Part shown: positions 12,977-26,944 of the stretch, piece by piece
Position numbering within the stretch: position 1 is the first letter of the stretch
Layout of the letters: each line of letters opens with the position of its first letter
From: Rotaria socialis
Taxonomy: Eukaryota
Reading direction: 5' to 3'
Length of the DNA: 64,000 nucleotides
Assembly (NCBI GenBank): GCA_905331295.1
Contig: CAJNYD010000034.1
Location: 310,001 to 374,000 of the forward strand
Notes under the pieces: generated by a model
Told to the model about the DNA's origin: nothing
The model's database searches: none
The model's input: only the letters and a program-made list of their open reading frames with translations
Program-made: the position numbers and the translations under genes

Positions 12977-15652
12977 GCAATATCTATGCGATCAACTCTA
13001 GTATTTGTTTTGAGTTTTTGTTTTCTATCGATCAGTCATAGAATATTAAAGTCATATGATTAGTGATGTTTTTTCTTTCGTTCTTTTTTATAAACTACTT
13101 GTGAAACTTACCAATATACTTATGAATATATATATACATTTAATTATATATTCTATGTCAATGATTGATTCTATGGCATACTCTTTGTTTTCATTTTATT
13201 GATGTTCTTTGCTTCGTCTGTGTTACTGTTAACAGAAAGTTCTTTTAGCTTCGATTTGGTATTTTCGTGCGCTAGTATAAGCTCGTGTGTTTCTTTCTTA
13301 ACTAGTACTAATTATTGTTCTAGCTTACGTTTCAGTTGTACAGGTATAGATTGACGAAAATAAAAATCAGAAAAAAAGTGAAAAACAAAAGATACCTTTA
13401 GCAATCAAAAGAAACTAATAGAAATCAGAAAAAATATGAAAGATCATGAAGAACATATTTTAACGTTTACTGTTGAGTTCATTTAAAGTATTAATGAAAC
13501 GATACACTATAGAATATATTGAGATAATTCATCATTTAAATAATACTAGAAAAGTTCTCTCCCAGCTCAAGTGTTCTTCGTGATGTATTGTGATGATAAA
13601 AAGTTGCTCTGCAAATAATTGCTACCTACAGTCGTTGTTTTCTTCTGAATATACATTACAACAGGAGGACAACATATTTTTTAGCACATAATATAAATTT
13701 GTTGCAAATGAAAAAAACTGATAAAATATTTCTAATTTCTTGTGACAATACTTTTTGCTAATCCTTTTATTGAAAATATGATTACTGATAATATTAAAAA
13801 TTAAATAAGTCAGTTTATTTTAAATGATTGCGTTGGTTATCTTTTACGTATGCATTTCTGAGTGATTGAGTGCCTGACATGTTCTCTTTAATCCATTGAA
13901 TGACGCAAAATAATTTCTTTTAATTAAGTTGTCTGCAGTAGTAATGCTTCGCTTAGAAAAATCTGGCACTCAAAATCAAAATGATTATTTGAATCAAATT
14001 ATATAAGTTTGTTATCTTGACAGTTGCACAAAAAGTCTAAAGTCTTTCTGCAGTTTCAACTAATTCAAGATAGAACTGCTTTCTGTCAGTGTCTACTATT
14101 TAATTAGAGATCAAAATTAAGAACAACGAGCTATACTAACTTTTATGTCGTAGCTGCATGATTTGTTTTAGTGAAATATGTTTTATAATTTGATGCGACT
14201 TCAGTAAGATAGCTTAGCTACTCCAATTTTGTACAGAATAAAAAAACTACATAAATTGAGTGATAAAGTCATTTTTGATTAGCTATATCAAAGTTTCAAC
14301 AAGAGAAAATAAGTGTTGCAAAGCTATATTTTTCGCAAAAATATATTTGCCCTTGAATTAGTGACAGAGGCCGTACAAGAAAACGCATCTGAAATTAGTG
14401 TAACTATATATGGAACATGACAAACAATTTTTTCAACAAGGGTGATTATTTTGAATAGAATATCTGATACAATTTGTAGTGGTCTTGCTAATGACGGATT
14501 GAACAATAGAAGTAACTATTATTCGAACGAGAAAAGTGTCATTTACCGTATGTTAGAAAAAGATTCCGGATACAGTTAAAAAAATTTGTTGTTTCTTTAA
14601 CCTATTTTCCGTGTCAAATTACGATTGAAATTATGAGACATGTAGAGAACAACTTTTCCTAGAGAATTATATATAATAGAAACAAATTTAACCTAATCAA
14701 CAAAGGCAAAATTATTATCAAAAATAAAAAAATAAAAAAAATAACGATAATTTGGAAGGACAAAAAATATAATAGCATACTATCAATCTACCTGATCTAA
14801 CTATTTTAGGTCTAGACAAAAGAATAAAAATGAAATTATTTTGCTGTTGAATAATTTAAAAAGTTGCTATACATCCTATATTATCCGTGAATTTATACTT
14901 GATTTTCTATTAAAAAAACCTGGTTAATGCTCTGTTCCTATGAGTCCGTTATAACAATCCGATAGAATACCTATCTTTATGTCCTTCTCTCAGCTGTATT
15001 TTTTGTTTTTATGCACTTACTATTTGCCCTCACTGCATGTATACTATTGATTTATTATATTCATAGTATTATATACGAAAAATCTGTCGCCCCAATCTAT
15101 GATTAGTAATATTGATTAGTGCTTTCTTTCTTTCTATCCTTCCCAACGTCTGTTCTTCTCTATCGCATCGAGTAATATTATAAAAATAACACTTGTGATA
15201 TCAGAATTTGTTACACTACTCATGAAATATGTTTAGCTCATTTTTGTTGAAACTTAATTTACAATGTTGCTGATTGATGCTGGATGGGCTTTCGATAAAA
15301 TAATATCAATATGATTGAAAACGAAATTGCATACATAAAGTCAGCAGAAAACAGTACGCTAAGGATTTTTAAATTTCAAATTTGTTTTCCTGGCTAAATT
15401 TTTATGGCACAATGTTTCTGACGAAAAAAAATAGATGAAAAAATGAATCGAATTAAAAGATTACGAAAAATGGCAAGTTATTTTGCAATGAAATTAATGA
15501 TCCAATCAAATTCTTGTTATTCAAATAGTTTTGTGGGAAATCACGTGAAGAAATTTGAGAAAAGTACAATAACAACAAATGAAAGCAAATTTTTGACATA
15601 TACATTAGTCAAAGTAATTTTTTTTTGGTATATGATGATATTGAACTAAATA

Positions 15653-16035
15653 CCGTAGTCGAACTTTTTTATTCATGCATTTGTCAAGACTTGAGCTCAA
15701 GATGTGTTCATACTGCATGAATGTCTTGTTCAAGACAAGCGCTTGAATGTTTGCATGAGTTACAAAAAAAAAGTGCAACTATAAATTTTTACTACAAGTT
15801 GAGTTATTTTGAATGTAAAATTGAAAACAAATTGAACAAGTTCTTTAATCACAGAAATGCTTAGACCACAATTCAAGCGCATGAGCAAGAATATCCAGCG
15901 ATAGAGCAAGAACTTTAAGAACTTTAGCTCACCAAAAGGCCTCATGTATTGCCTCAAGATGTGTGCATAGTTTTTGACTGTCTTGACTAAGAAAGTCAAG
16001 AATTGCATGCGCTTACAAAAACAGTTCGACTAGGG
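15653..16035. mobile_element. MITE with CCCTAGTCGAACT-type TIRs and TA flanks
   Basis: CCGTAGTCGAACT ... AGTTCGACTAGGG with TA on both sides. The interior is rich in TCAAG/CTTGA short repeats. Confidence 0.75.
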
Positions 16036-17071
16036 TACCATAATAAAAAAAAGAATCACAAATTATCTTTTTTCTCAAGTCTCTGTCGTTACCTCAATAC
16101 ATATTTGCTCGTGAAGCATTTTTACCTTAATGAATAATTTCCATAGTGGTTGAAATCAACGTTAAAAATTTCGATAAAAAGTTTTCATACAAATTTTTTT
16201 TGTTTAATTTTCCATAATTTTAACATTACTTTTCATTTTATACTTATTCAACTTGTTAGAATGAAACAGTAGAGTATTATTGTAAAGATAGACTTTCATC
16301 GCTTTGAATTACTAAAATAAATCATTTTAAAACAGTATAATTACTATATGAATACGTTGTCCGTACGAACAAAACTAAAATTCTATTTGCCTATATGTGC
16401 CATTTCCATTAATATCGTCATCAAACAATCAATAACTCTTTTCTTAAATGTTTGATTCAAGGGTCGAAGTTGGGACATTGTGTTGTCATGAAAATCTCTC
16501 CAATACAATTCCTGTATCGTACTGACTTATAATATGTTCATTATTCTTCTTTCTAAAATACACACAAGCGATTATTTAAAAAAAGAATTATTATAACGAA
16601 TCAGGAATATTTTATTTCTAGAAATTTGCAATCATAACTCGGCAAAATTATTTCATTCATTTCAGTGAGAAAATATCATGTTTTTGATTTTCTTAATCGT
16701 GTTTCCAAATCGTTTCGTAAAATCCTATGGCTTCAAAATTATAAACTGATGCAAATAGATGGTCTGATGTAAACTGTATACTTACGATATCTATTGATAA
16801 AAGGAGGTTCGACACAGTATTATAACTGGTTAAACGGCTATTTCATCGTTTTTATTATTCTTCCTCTTTCTCTGTGTCGTATCTCATTGCCTACTAAATT
16901 TGTGCTAGTCTTGCGCAAGACCATGAAGAGCAAATTCGTTTGACAGATTCTTTCTTTCTTGATGCTTCCTCCATAATCAAGATTGTTCTAGACTCTTTCG
17001 TTAATTGACTATAAAAGTGTTAATATTTCTTTCGATTTTTTTAGATCATCATCAAATTCATCATATTAATA

Positions 17072-18688
17072 ATGGCTGACAATTCGAAACAAGGTTTCCT
17101 CAATAGTCTTTTTCAATGGACAGTTAAGAACACTGCAGCTGAACCCACAACGACTAGTGATCTTAAACCTATGGATGAACCAGTAAGTACTTGTACCATC
17201 AAACATCTATGCATGAAATACGTCTGTTGATTATTTTCTAGAGTAAAAGTTGGCTCAATAATGCTTTAGAAAATTTAACAGTTAATCCGGTCGAAAGACT
17301 TAAACTATGCATCAGTAAAATCAAAGATAATCAAACAAGTGAACAACAAAAAAAGGAATTTCTCGACGAACTTTGTCATTGGGCAGAAGAACTTGATTTA
17401 GCAAAAGATTTCTTTACTATTGGTGGTCTTGATATTCTAGCACCTCTGTTAGACAGTAACGATGACGATATTTGCATACAAACATGTTCTTTAATTGCTA
17501 ATCTTGTTCAAAATCATGAGCATTGCCAAAGAATTATTGTTCAATCGGGCCTGCAACAAAAACTATTGAGCATCGTCAGAGATTCAAATAACCCAGATTT
17601 AAAAACAAAAGCTGTTACAGCTATATCAGGTATGTCAATTTGTAGAATTTGAGCGTTTTTTTTATTCTTTCAATTTGATTTTAAACACTAACAGAAGATA
17701 TAAACAGTTTCGTTCTTTTTTTTTCTCTTTTAGCATTGATTCGTGGTTATACACTTGGTCAACTTCAATTACAAAAATACCACGGTGCAAAAGTGTTAAT
17801 TCAAGCAATACCATCATCTATTCCTCGACTACAAAACAAATTATGTTTTCTCATCAATACCCTTTGTTCATCAAGTGCACACATGAAAAGTAATATTTGT
17901 TTATCAATGTTCTTTTGTTTTTGTGAAAGATGATCGATAAGGAATTCTAAAGTATACAGGGTCTAAATATTTCCATGTTTTTCTTTTCTTAGTGGGCAAT
18001 CAAGAATAATTTTGATAGAATATCACGTACTTATTCAAAACACTAAAGTTGGAATCGATTGATATCGTGATCGAAGTTACTGTTCTACTATCAAGACTTG
18101 ATATCAATAATAGCTCAATATAACATAGAAGCTACTAATTGAATTTCAGGAGGTTAAAATGAATAGACTGTAAAACAATTTGTTTCAATATTGATAATAA
18201 TAAAAAGACATTCTAATAGTTAACAAGAGTAGTTCTATCATATTTTTACTCCACAACGACTGCACTAACTAATATCTTTATTTTGTTCTTGTAGAAATAT
18301 TTTATGAAAACGATGCATTAACAGAATTCGTACGCTTATTTAACAGCGAATCATGTCCTGATCATCAACATACACTTGAAACTATTCTAACATTATCAAG
18401 TGCAAAACCAAATGCAATGTCTTCTCTTGTTGAAAGCGATCCATTATTAGTTGAAGCATTCCTAGAAAAATTAACTGAGCGTCGTCAAATTATTCAAGAT
18501 TCAGAGGATCATCTAGTAAGTTTTTATTTAGAAAATAATAATGACATGATTATTAATTTCATTTACTTTTCTTCTAGGATGAGATTAATATAATTAATCA
18601 AATACGAACGTTACTGACCCCAACTTCTACTGAAGATAAGCTCGTACCAGAAATGAAAACAACACAACATATTGTTCCAATATCTTGA
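17072..18688 (+). CDS. HSPBP1: Hsp70 nucleotide-exchange factor HSPBP1/Fes1; 5 coding exons (mostly absent from the ORF track)
   Basis: Exons 17072-17182, 17242-17629, 17734-17889, 18295-18515, 18578-18688. Translation MADNSKQGFLNSLFQWTVKN...MDEPSKSWLNNALENL...LDELCHWAEELDLAKDFFTIGGL...SLIANLVQNHEHCQ...KTKAVTAISALIRG shows the Fes1 N-terminal motif and armadillo-like repeats. Confidence 0.9.
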
Positions 18689-21610
18689 TAACAACTTATT
18701 TTATGATTCTATTGATTTGTTTTTGGTTTTTAAAGAAAAATGGAAATCGTTAAACAGAAAAATCTCTATTTGTTAAAAGTATATAAAAAGATCATAGAAC
18801 AAACACAGTGTGTATGTTTGCTCAAATATATTTCATTTGAAGTATTACGATTTGTCTATAATTCCAAAAATGATTTTTCGTTGCTCAGAAGGCAAAATCT
18901 GCAGATATCTATTTCTCAAAACTTTAAAAAGCTTCGATTTCTTAATGTTTTCATTTTATGTTCTGTGCAATTAATGTATGCGATACATCAATTCATAGTA
19001 GTATTGCATTGTTAAATAAGTAGAAGTGAAGAGTTAATAATTATATTTATAGACCTAGGTGTCACATTCTTGATAAAAATAAGAAATTCACAGACTGTTT
19101 TTATTATTATTCTACAAATCAAACAAAAATAGTATTGATCGGAGCTATTTAAATAAAATACTAATGTCAAAGTGTGTTGAACTAGAACGTTTCATAACTA
19201 TCACATGTTGTCAGCGATCAAAACAAGTGAACGTCGCAAATGTTATTTGGATTGTCTATTCAATTTAGCGACAAAGGACAATGCAAATGATCTATGTTTG
19301 TTTAAATAGCGTAGACATACTAATACGTCTCATCATATCAAAAGTATTGATAGAGATGTGCGAACGCAATCTACGATAAGGCAGTCCAAGAGAGTCCTTT
19401 CATTCGGTTATGGACATGTCTACAAATGTTTTTTAACTTGAGAATTTGATATGCCAAGATACATTGAAAATGAACAATGATTACTTTTCGATTACGCATA
19501 GGTATTGACCGTGAAATTCATCATAGGTATAGTTTGATGGCTAAGTTTTTATTTTATGTGAAAAGAAGAAAATGAATAAATATTTTTTACTGAATATAAA
19601 ATTTAGGTCAGTTTTTTTTCTCTAGACGAGACCACCCAGAAAATAGTTACAAACGCCTACGTTGGAGTTAAAATTCAGTGTAATCATAGAGCTCATTATA
19701 GAGCAAATGTACTGATCTGAAAATTAGATTTTCGTATTGATCAAATTATATTTATTACTTTTCTAATCTTCGCTTTTGTTTGTTTTTTTTTGAACAGGTT
19801 TTTCATTATAAAACAAAGATTCATTAATGATTGAGACCTATTCTTCTAACTAGTGGGGTTCTTTATGTCAGATATATAATTTAATGAAATACAAGCGCAC
19901 TCAAAACAAAAATATTTCACTATACTGAGTATTATATCTTATCTATTATTTTACATGGAAACATTTGGCAGATTCTATCTTGATAATGTTTATTTTTAGT
20001 TATAAAATGAAAATATCAGAAATATTGAATCATGATTAGTTTTCATTTTTCAAACAATCCTACTATTCGATTAACACATATTCAATATCAGTCATCTAGG
20101 TCTGAATCTCCAGAAATTGTTATTATTAGTTCTTTATATGTAATATTTTATCTATTGAAAATAATTACGTCAATCTATAATTTGTTACGTATGTCAAAGA
20201 GAAAGCTTTTTTTATCACTAAAGATAGAAATCAGTATGATAGAGAAATAAATAATCAAATCATGATAAAAGCATATTTTATTTTGTAATATTCTCTAAAG
20301 CATGTAATCGTCTCGCAGAATACAAATAATCGATAGAAAACTTGAATGATAGACTTTGTATCTTTTATGGCATGCTATTTATGATTACACGGATTCCTTA
20401 AATTACTAACACTCGCTTATCTATCCTTGCGGTTTTTTATGCTTCTCATTTTCTTGTAGAGAAAAGGAACTTATATAATATACATATATCTATATACGTA
20501 CACATAACTCTCTTTTCAACATCACCAACCATTTATTATTCTTCGATCTGATCTAATGTCGTTCTACTAGCACGTAAGACAATTTTAAAGAATGTTTATT
20601 TTGTCAAAAAAAAATATCATGTCTAATCATAAACACTATTGATTTTACTATAATCAGCCTATTTTTGTTGTTTTTAGAAGAGACCTTTTGGATTTACTTT
20701 CATAAATGAGAAGAAGTAGACTAATAAAACAAAAAAGAAATCAATTTATTTTGTTGAAAAGATCAACTTCTAAACAAATGATTTAGTGCTATTTAATAAA
20801 ACTTCATTGTAACAGAAAGTGATTATTTATTACTTGATCGAGGAATCAGTTTCATTGTTATTCGACAAAACTAAATATCAAGTAAGATGATCATGATTAC
20901 ATCACGATAGTAACGTCTATATCCACGATAAGAGAAAAACGAAGCGATTAGTAATGGTGCAGGCTGTGAATACGACGTATATCTGTTTACTTTAGATTTA
21001 TGACAAACGTCCATATAACAACTTTTATATATTATCTAGTCTAGTAGAAAAGAATAGAAAAATAAGCGAGAAGAGCGGTGAAAGATACGAATGTAGTATT
21101 GCTTCATAATTTTCTACTGCCTGTCAAACAAATGTCGTTGATCTAGTATTATAGCTATGAAGCAAATTTAAAGTAGGTTTTTTTGTTAAGAATAATATCA
21201 AATTAATAATTTTGTGAAGTATTAGAATGAAAAGAAGTAACAACGAATAGCTTATAAGTTATGCAACTAGCTTATTCAAAAATGAGATTTTATAGCAATG
21301 ATCTATAACAATACTGATTTCATATAAATATTTATTGCTCTATGTGATCTCGAAAATAAAAGGTCACATTTGTAGATGCATTGAGTATTTATTCTAGAGA
21401 TTCAAATAAAGCCAACACATCAACTAGTTATTATTAGTTGTCCTTTTTTTATCTTTTTCAAATTTCATCCGAGATAAGATTGTTAAGAGTTAATTTCTGA
21501 TTTTGCCCTCATACATTTAATCATTGTTGATTGTTTATTCGCTTGAACTCGTTCTTTCTTTTTTTTTTATTTTAGTTAGCCAAATAAACTAGTTATTAAT
21601 ATTTTATTTA

Positions 21611-24600
21611 ATGTTTGCACGCCGTAATTTACGTCGTAATCTTACAATTACAATATCATTACCTTTCGTTTTATTAACCTTATTCGTCGTACATAAAAAT
21701 CGCGATATTATATTTTCTGACAATACATCACACAAATATCATGAGCATGCATCTGATTTCTCACAAGATATCATCAATCCTATATATTATGTTCGATCAA
21801 AACGTTCGACAACTGGCAGTAAATTATCGACGATTCATATCGATGAACGAATACAGAATCAAAGTCCAATAATGGTTAATCCGTATACAATGCCACTTAT
21901 AAATACTTTGGATAATCATAGGCAAATACCAAAATATCACTCAACTGAACAAATTCCCTATCCTGTTATTAGTACAAAAAATCTTGAACGCTTTGTTCAT
22001 CTTGATTTAAAAGGTGCTGCACCGAAACTTGATTATTATCAAAAATTGTTTCCATTTTTAAGACAATTGGGTGCAACTGGTTTACTTATTGAATATGAAG
22101 ATATGTTTCCTTTTGTTAATCATTTAGCTATAATAAAACATGGTCTTGCCTATTCAAAGCATGATATTCAACTCATATTACAATTAGCTGATATGAATGG
22201 TTTAAAGATAATGCCATTACTTCAAGTTTATGGTCATCTTGAATATGTACTTAAATTAAAAGAATTTATACATCTACGTGAAGACAAGCGATATCCACAA
22301 GTTATAACACCATGCCTTGAAGAAAGTTATAAATTAATATTTGGTATGTTCAATAAATATTTATTTATATATATATGAGCTTGTCAATTTATGATATACA
22401 CATTAGTTTATTAGAAAAAGAGAAGCAAAATGCTTAACTAAAGACACGCCGACAAGAAGATTAAATACTATAATAAGATAGCGATTATATTGTTTGTCAA
22501 AAGATTTTATTCGATTTTGTAAATGGTGTTATAGAATCAGAAAGATGCAGATGTGAAGATTGTTGTAAAATTGAATAGGAATTCATCTCGATCAATTATA
22601 AAGAATCAAACAGTTATTTTCAGAATCATTAAGCTATAGGAGTTTTTCTGGTTGGATTCAAATTTTATATGAAGTTCTGTTTCTTTAGAAATGATTGATC
22701 AAATGTTATCTCTTCATCCATTTATTTCATATTTTCATATGGGTTGTGATGAAGTTTATTATCGTCTTGTTCATCCTCAATGTGCTTATCTAAATTTTCA
22801 TGATGATGCTGATCTTTTTATCAGGTATAGTTTTGTTTTATAAAGAATGTCAAAATCATCATTTTTATCAGAACGTGAATATCTCTTTGCATAGACGTAG
22901 CTGACCATGCATTGAAATCGAGCTAGCAGAACTCAAGCTAAATCAGTCATTTAAAATATTTTTTTTCTTTCACAATTCATCTTCGTATTTCTTTTGTTTC
23001 CATTCGAATAAATTAACTCACTGCTCGACATAGGCTTTGGATATCTCTACTGTCCGCGTATCACATGTATATAGTAAAGCTATAGATTCGTTTCATTCGT
23101 GTAACTTTTATTGACTATCTTTAATGTGAAACTCACGATAAAAGAAATAGCCTAAAACTGCGAATATCAGAATAAAAACGTCGTCATGGTTTTTTAGAGA
23201 ATCAAACTGACACTATCTATCTAATTGCCATTTAATAGATAGCTAACGATAGACACATCAAACGTTCTATTAACTAGTTTAACATTTCAAAAGCTTTAAA
23301 CTTTATGTGATTATTTAAATTTATATTTTTTAATTTCTAGACATGTTACTCGTGTTGCTAAATATATTAAATCAAAACGTCCAGATATTAAATTATTTAT
23401 ATGGCATGATATGCTCTCACAATTAGCCAACTCAGGTTATAATAACGTGAGTTATGATTCTAATTTGATTGTGCCAAACTTAATAGTGATAGCACTGCAG
23501 TGTCTGATATAAGGCTTTAATGAATTTCTTTTACTTTGTTTCTCTCTATAAATATTCTGAAAGTTCAAAGAGTTCACTATTATATGTTAGCCTTTTTCAA
23601 TTGGTATAATTGTATTGGACTTGCAATCAACTTTGTTCACTTTTGTTTGATCTAGATAAAGAAATACTTTTTTTGCTCTCGTTAATATTTGTACTAAATT
23701 GTAGGTCTAAACGAGAATTAATTATGCTGAACTAGATTTTGTTTTCCTGTTGTTTGGCTTTGCTTGTGAGATCAATTGTAACATGATATAAATAATTAAT
23801 TCTAGAAGTCAAGATATAAATAACATTTTTATAAAGCTACAGAATACTACCTGTACTCTGAACTGTAGAGAAATTCTCTTCTGAGTAATCTATACAAGGC
23901 ATTATAGTGCTATCATGATTACTGTTTGTATATCTAAAGTATGTATATTCAATACACATCAATACGTTCGTTTTATTTGATAGATTACGGAATTAAATGA
24001 ACTTATTATACCTATGGTATGGGCCTATGTTGATGATGTTAAACCTTGGTTTGATGATGGATTCTGGATGAGGTAAGACTATTATATATATATATATATA
24101 TGATTCTACCTCATAAGATGTAGTAATCGAGAAGTTATTTTCAACTAAACTTTTCTCTTTATATAGATTTTCAGTCTTTCGTGAAGTCTGGGTAGCTAGT
24201 TCATTTAAAGGTTCATCAGGTGAAATAACAACAATGAGTTATATTGGTCATCACCAACGGAATCAACAAACATGGCTTGAAACAATGTACATTGCATCAA
24301 GTCGGCATAGAGTTAATTTCTCGGGTATTGCCATAACCGGTTGGTCTCGATATGATCATATGCTTTCTTTGTGCGAACTTCTACCATCATCCATACCATC
24401 TCTTGCATATGTGTTACAAACAATTGTTTTTGGACATATAAACGACGATAAAAATGTAACTATTTCGACGACATTATTAGGATGTAATCAAATACCATTA
24501 TGGGAAAAACCGATGTTTACTACTTTTGTATCTTGTTCATTTCCAGGTAAAATGCATTGTTTATTTAAAAATTAAATTCTATATAGAAACAACAGTCGAC

Positions 24601-25073
24601 TTTTATATTCTAAATCTTAATAATGCTTTTTACTGATGTCTCTTTACTGTTTAGGTCATGAATTATATGAAATGATGCATCAATATGATTCTATACTTCG
24701 TCTATATGATGAAACAATGTCATTTGTACGTTCATTTGTAACAGATATTCATATTCGTCAAAATTATATCCATTATAAACGTAGTCAAGAATGTTTACAA
24801 CGATTAATCTATTTAGAAGATCAAATGATTTATTTTATAAATGCTTTTCAGCGTGTTTCTTTTAATTTTTTTACAGTTGACATTGGGTCAGAGTGGTTAC
24901 AAACATATTTTATGAGAAAATTCAAAGAAGTTCAATATCGTACGAATTTTATTGAACGTAAATTAAAAACACAATTATCATGGTCACAACGTCCACTACC
25001 TAACAATACTGCATTCATTGTTGTTAAACGACGAAATTTTACAGCTGTTAATTTTTCACCATTACTTAAATAA
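21611..25073 (+). CDS. HEXD: Hexosaminidase D-like GH20 enzyme with N-terminal membrane anchor; 6 coding exons
   Basis: Exons ~21611-22343, 22689-22824, 23341-23446, 23984-24072, 24167-24546, 24655-25073. Motifs VHLDLKGAAP, GATGLLIEYEDMFP, PLLQVYGHLEYVLK, catalytic HMGCDEV, IWHDML, WVASSFKG and ITGWSRYDH...LCELLP. Confidence 0.92.
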
Positions 25074-25217
25074 ATTTTTTTTGTGTATAAGAAAACGAAG
25101 AATTATATATTCTAGTCACTTTTTGTGAAATAGAATTTAAATTGTACGTGAACCATAAATTAGTATGGTTCTTTAGTTTAATTAAGAATTTATAAGACTA
25201 TAAGAAATAAAAAAAGG

Positions 25218-25392
25218 TCTTGTAGACTTTCCCGTTTTCATGCTCTAGCATATAGAATGTATTTGTTTTTAATTTTGCAAAGTTCAATAACAACACCAAA
25301 TGTGAGCACCGCTTGATCGTCAATATGAACGCAGAAGCGTTGAATAGTTTGAAACGATCTTTAGAAAAAAAATAATAGAATAGATAAGATAT
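25218..25392 (-). pseudogene. Decayed, internally deleted duplicate of the neighbouring SLC35G/EamA gene
   Basis: 25220-25305 aligns to ~27108-27190 (ACTTTCCCGTTTTCATGCTCTAGCA..TAGAATGTATTTGTT...AATAACAACACCAAATGT). 25315-25390 aligns to ~27530-27598 (GATCGTCAATAT...CGATCTTTA...GATAAGAT). Indels are present and no ORF remains. Confidence 0.75.
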
Positions 25393-25559
25393 CAGTTTTC
25401 TAATGAATGCTCGAAAGACCGTACTTTCAACTCGTCTTGAAATCGAATCGAAACCATTATTGGAAACTATTTCCGAGGTTCTCGTAATTCTACGTCTACC
25501 TCAACACTATTAGCACGACTGATGCTGATCTATGGATAGATCTGATCTGAAGCCGATAA

Positions 25560-26128
25560 TCGATTGGTGCATCACCTGATTAGTCATAGTGACGTCTTAT
25601 TTTAATAAATATCGCTGATAAGAATTCTGTGAAGAAATCCTATTTGTTGGCTGGTGTTCCTTTATAATTACAAGACTTCGGCAATTTACGGTAGCGTTGT
25701 TGCTCTATTTGTATAATTAATTTCATTATCTATTACATGACACATGGCTAACTATTCAGACGATTCACCTGGTTTCGATTATTGCTGCCTCTGGACATTT
25801 ATGAATGAAGAAGATCATTAGATGAAGCGCCATAGTATGGTGCTGATGAACGTAAGATCCATTAAATACTTTTTTCTAAAAAAAAAGGAATCTAGACAAT
25901 CGATAGAATAACAAAAATAAGTACATGACACAGTCCATTCAAGGTATCACAAATACATTATTTTATTTATAACCCTGCGACCCTTTAAAATAAATAAGTA
26001 CCTGAGTTATTAATCCTAAAAGGAACAATAAAGCTCCACTAAAAACCCATTGATCTGTAGAATCTGATTCCATTGCATAAGTTCGTATCAAGTCGAATAT
26101 GACTGAAAACAAAACAGATATAAAGATA
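25560..26128 (-). pseudogene. Possible decayed gene fragment (small membrane-protein exon plus stop-interrupted downstream sequence)
   Basis: Hydrophobic frame IFDLIRTYAMESDSTDQWVFSGALLFLLGLITQVLIYFKG follows a TTTTCAG acceptor. Downstream reading looks coding-like but has stops, and a MITE sits just upstream. Family not recognised. Confidence 0.25.
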
Positions 26129-26344
26129 CCCAGGTCGAGCATTACGATGACCAAATATAATAGTATACGGCCAAGAACGTTAACATATACCGTCGTTTCA
26201 TATCAATTGGGCCCGTTAATAGCAGCAAGTTGGCGTTTTGGTATGCACTGTATTACTGCTGCATTTTATCACGTGGTAAACAGTTAAGCATGGTAATAAA
26301 TCGGTCAAAAAACTGAGTATCCAACCGTGCTTCTTTGATCTGGA
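26129..26344. mobile_element. CCCAGGTCGA-terminal MITE (copy 1)
   Basis: TA-CCCAGGTCGA ... TTGATCTGGA-TA. Confidence 0.65.
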
Positions 26345-26436
26345 TAGTGAAAAGTCATATTTCAAACAAATATAAGCCTATACTTTAAGCATGTACACTA
26401 ATTCTAATTATAAATTTGCTTCAGTATCATCAACTA

Positions 26437-26643
26437 ACCAGATCTAGACGGTGATGATACGGCGGAAAACATGGGAAACCACTGAATAGTGGAAGGTGGA
26501 AGCAGTATTCTGGATGGAGATTTTTGGATTGTTTTCCGGTGGATTTCAGCGACTCCCTATGTTTTCCTGTGAGATACGGTGAGTTTTCCTCATCTTTTTA
26601 GCAGGTTCCTACAGTATTCGGTAGCTAGAACCATCGATCTGGG
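26437..26643. mobile_element. CCCAG-terminal MITE (copy 2, different interior)
   Basis: TA-ACCAGATCTA ... TCGATCTGGG-TA, with a GGAAA/TTTCC-rich interior. Confidence 0.6.
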
Positions 26644-26944
26644 TAATGATTCTGCAGTGTTTAGTTCACGAATTATAGGAAATGATGTATAGATATGATT
26701 CAACTACGATAATAAATTTAAGAAAGAATGAACTAGAGATTCTAATTAGATGAATTATAATACCGATAGAATTAATATATAAACATTTGTTGTTTTTTAA
26801 TTATTCAGCACTAATTATATATTCTATCAGTAGATTAGTCATCAAATATAGTACATCTATTTTTTGTGTATTTATTACACGTTGAAAAAAATATATATAT
26901 GTACATGTTTAAATAAAATATGATTCTTTTCATTTTTCTTTTGT

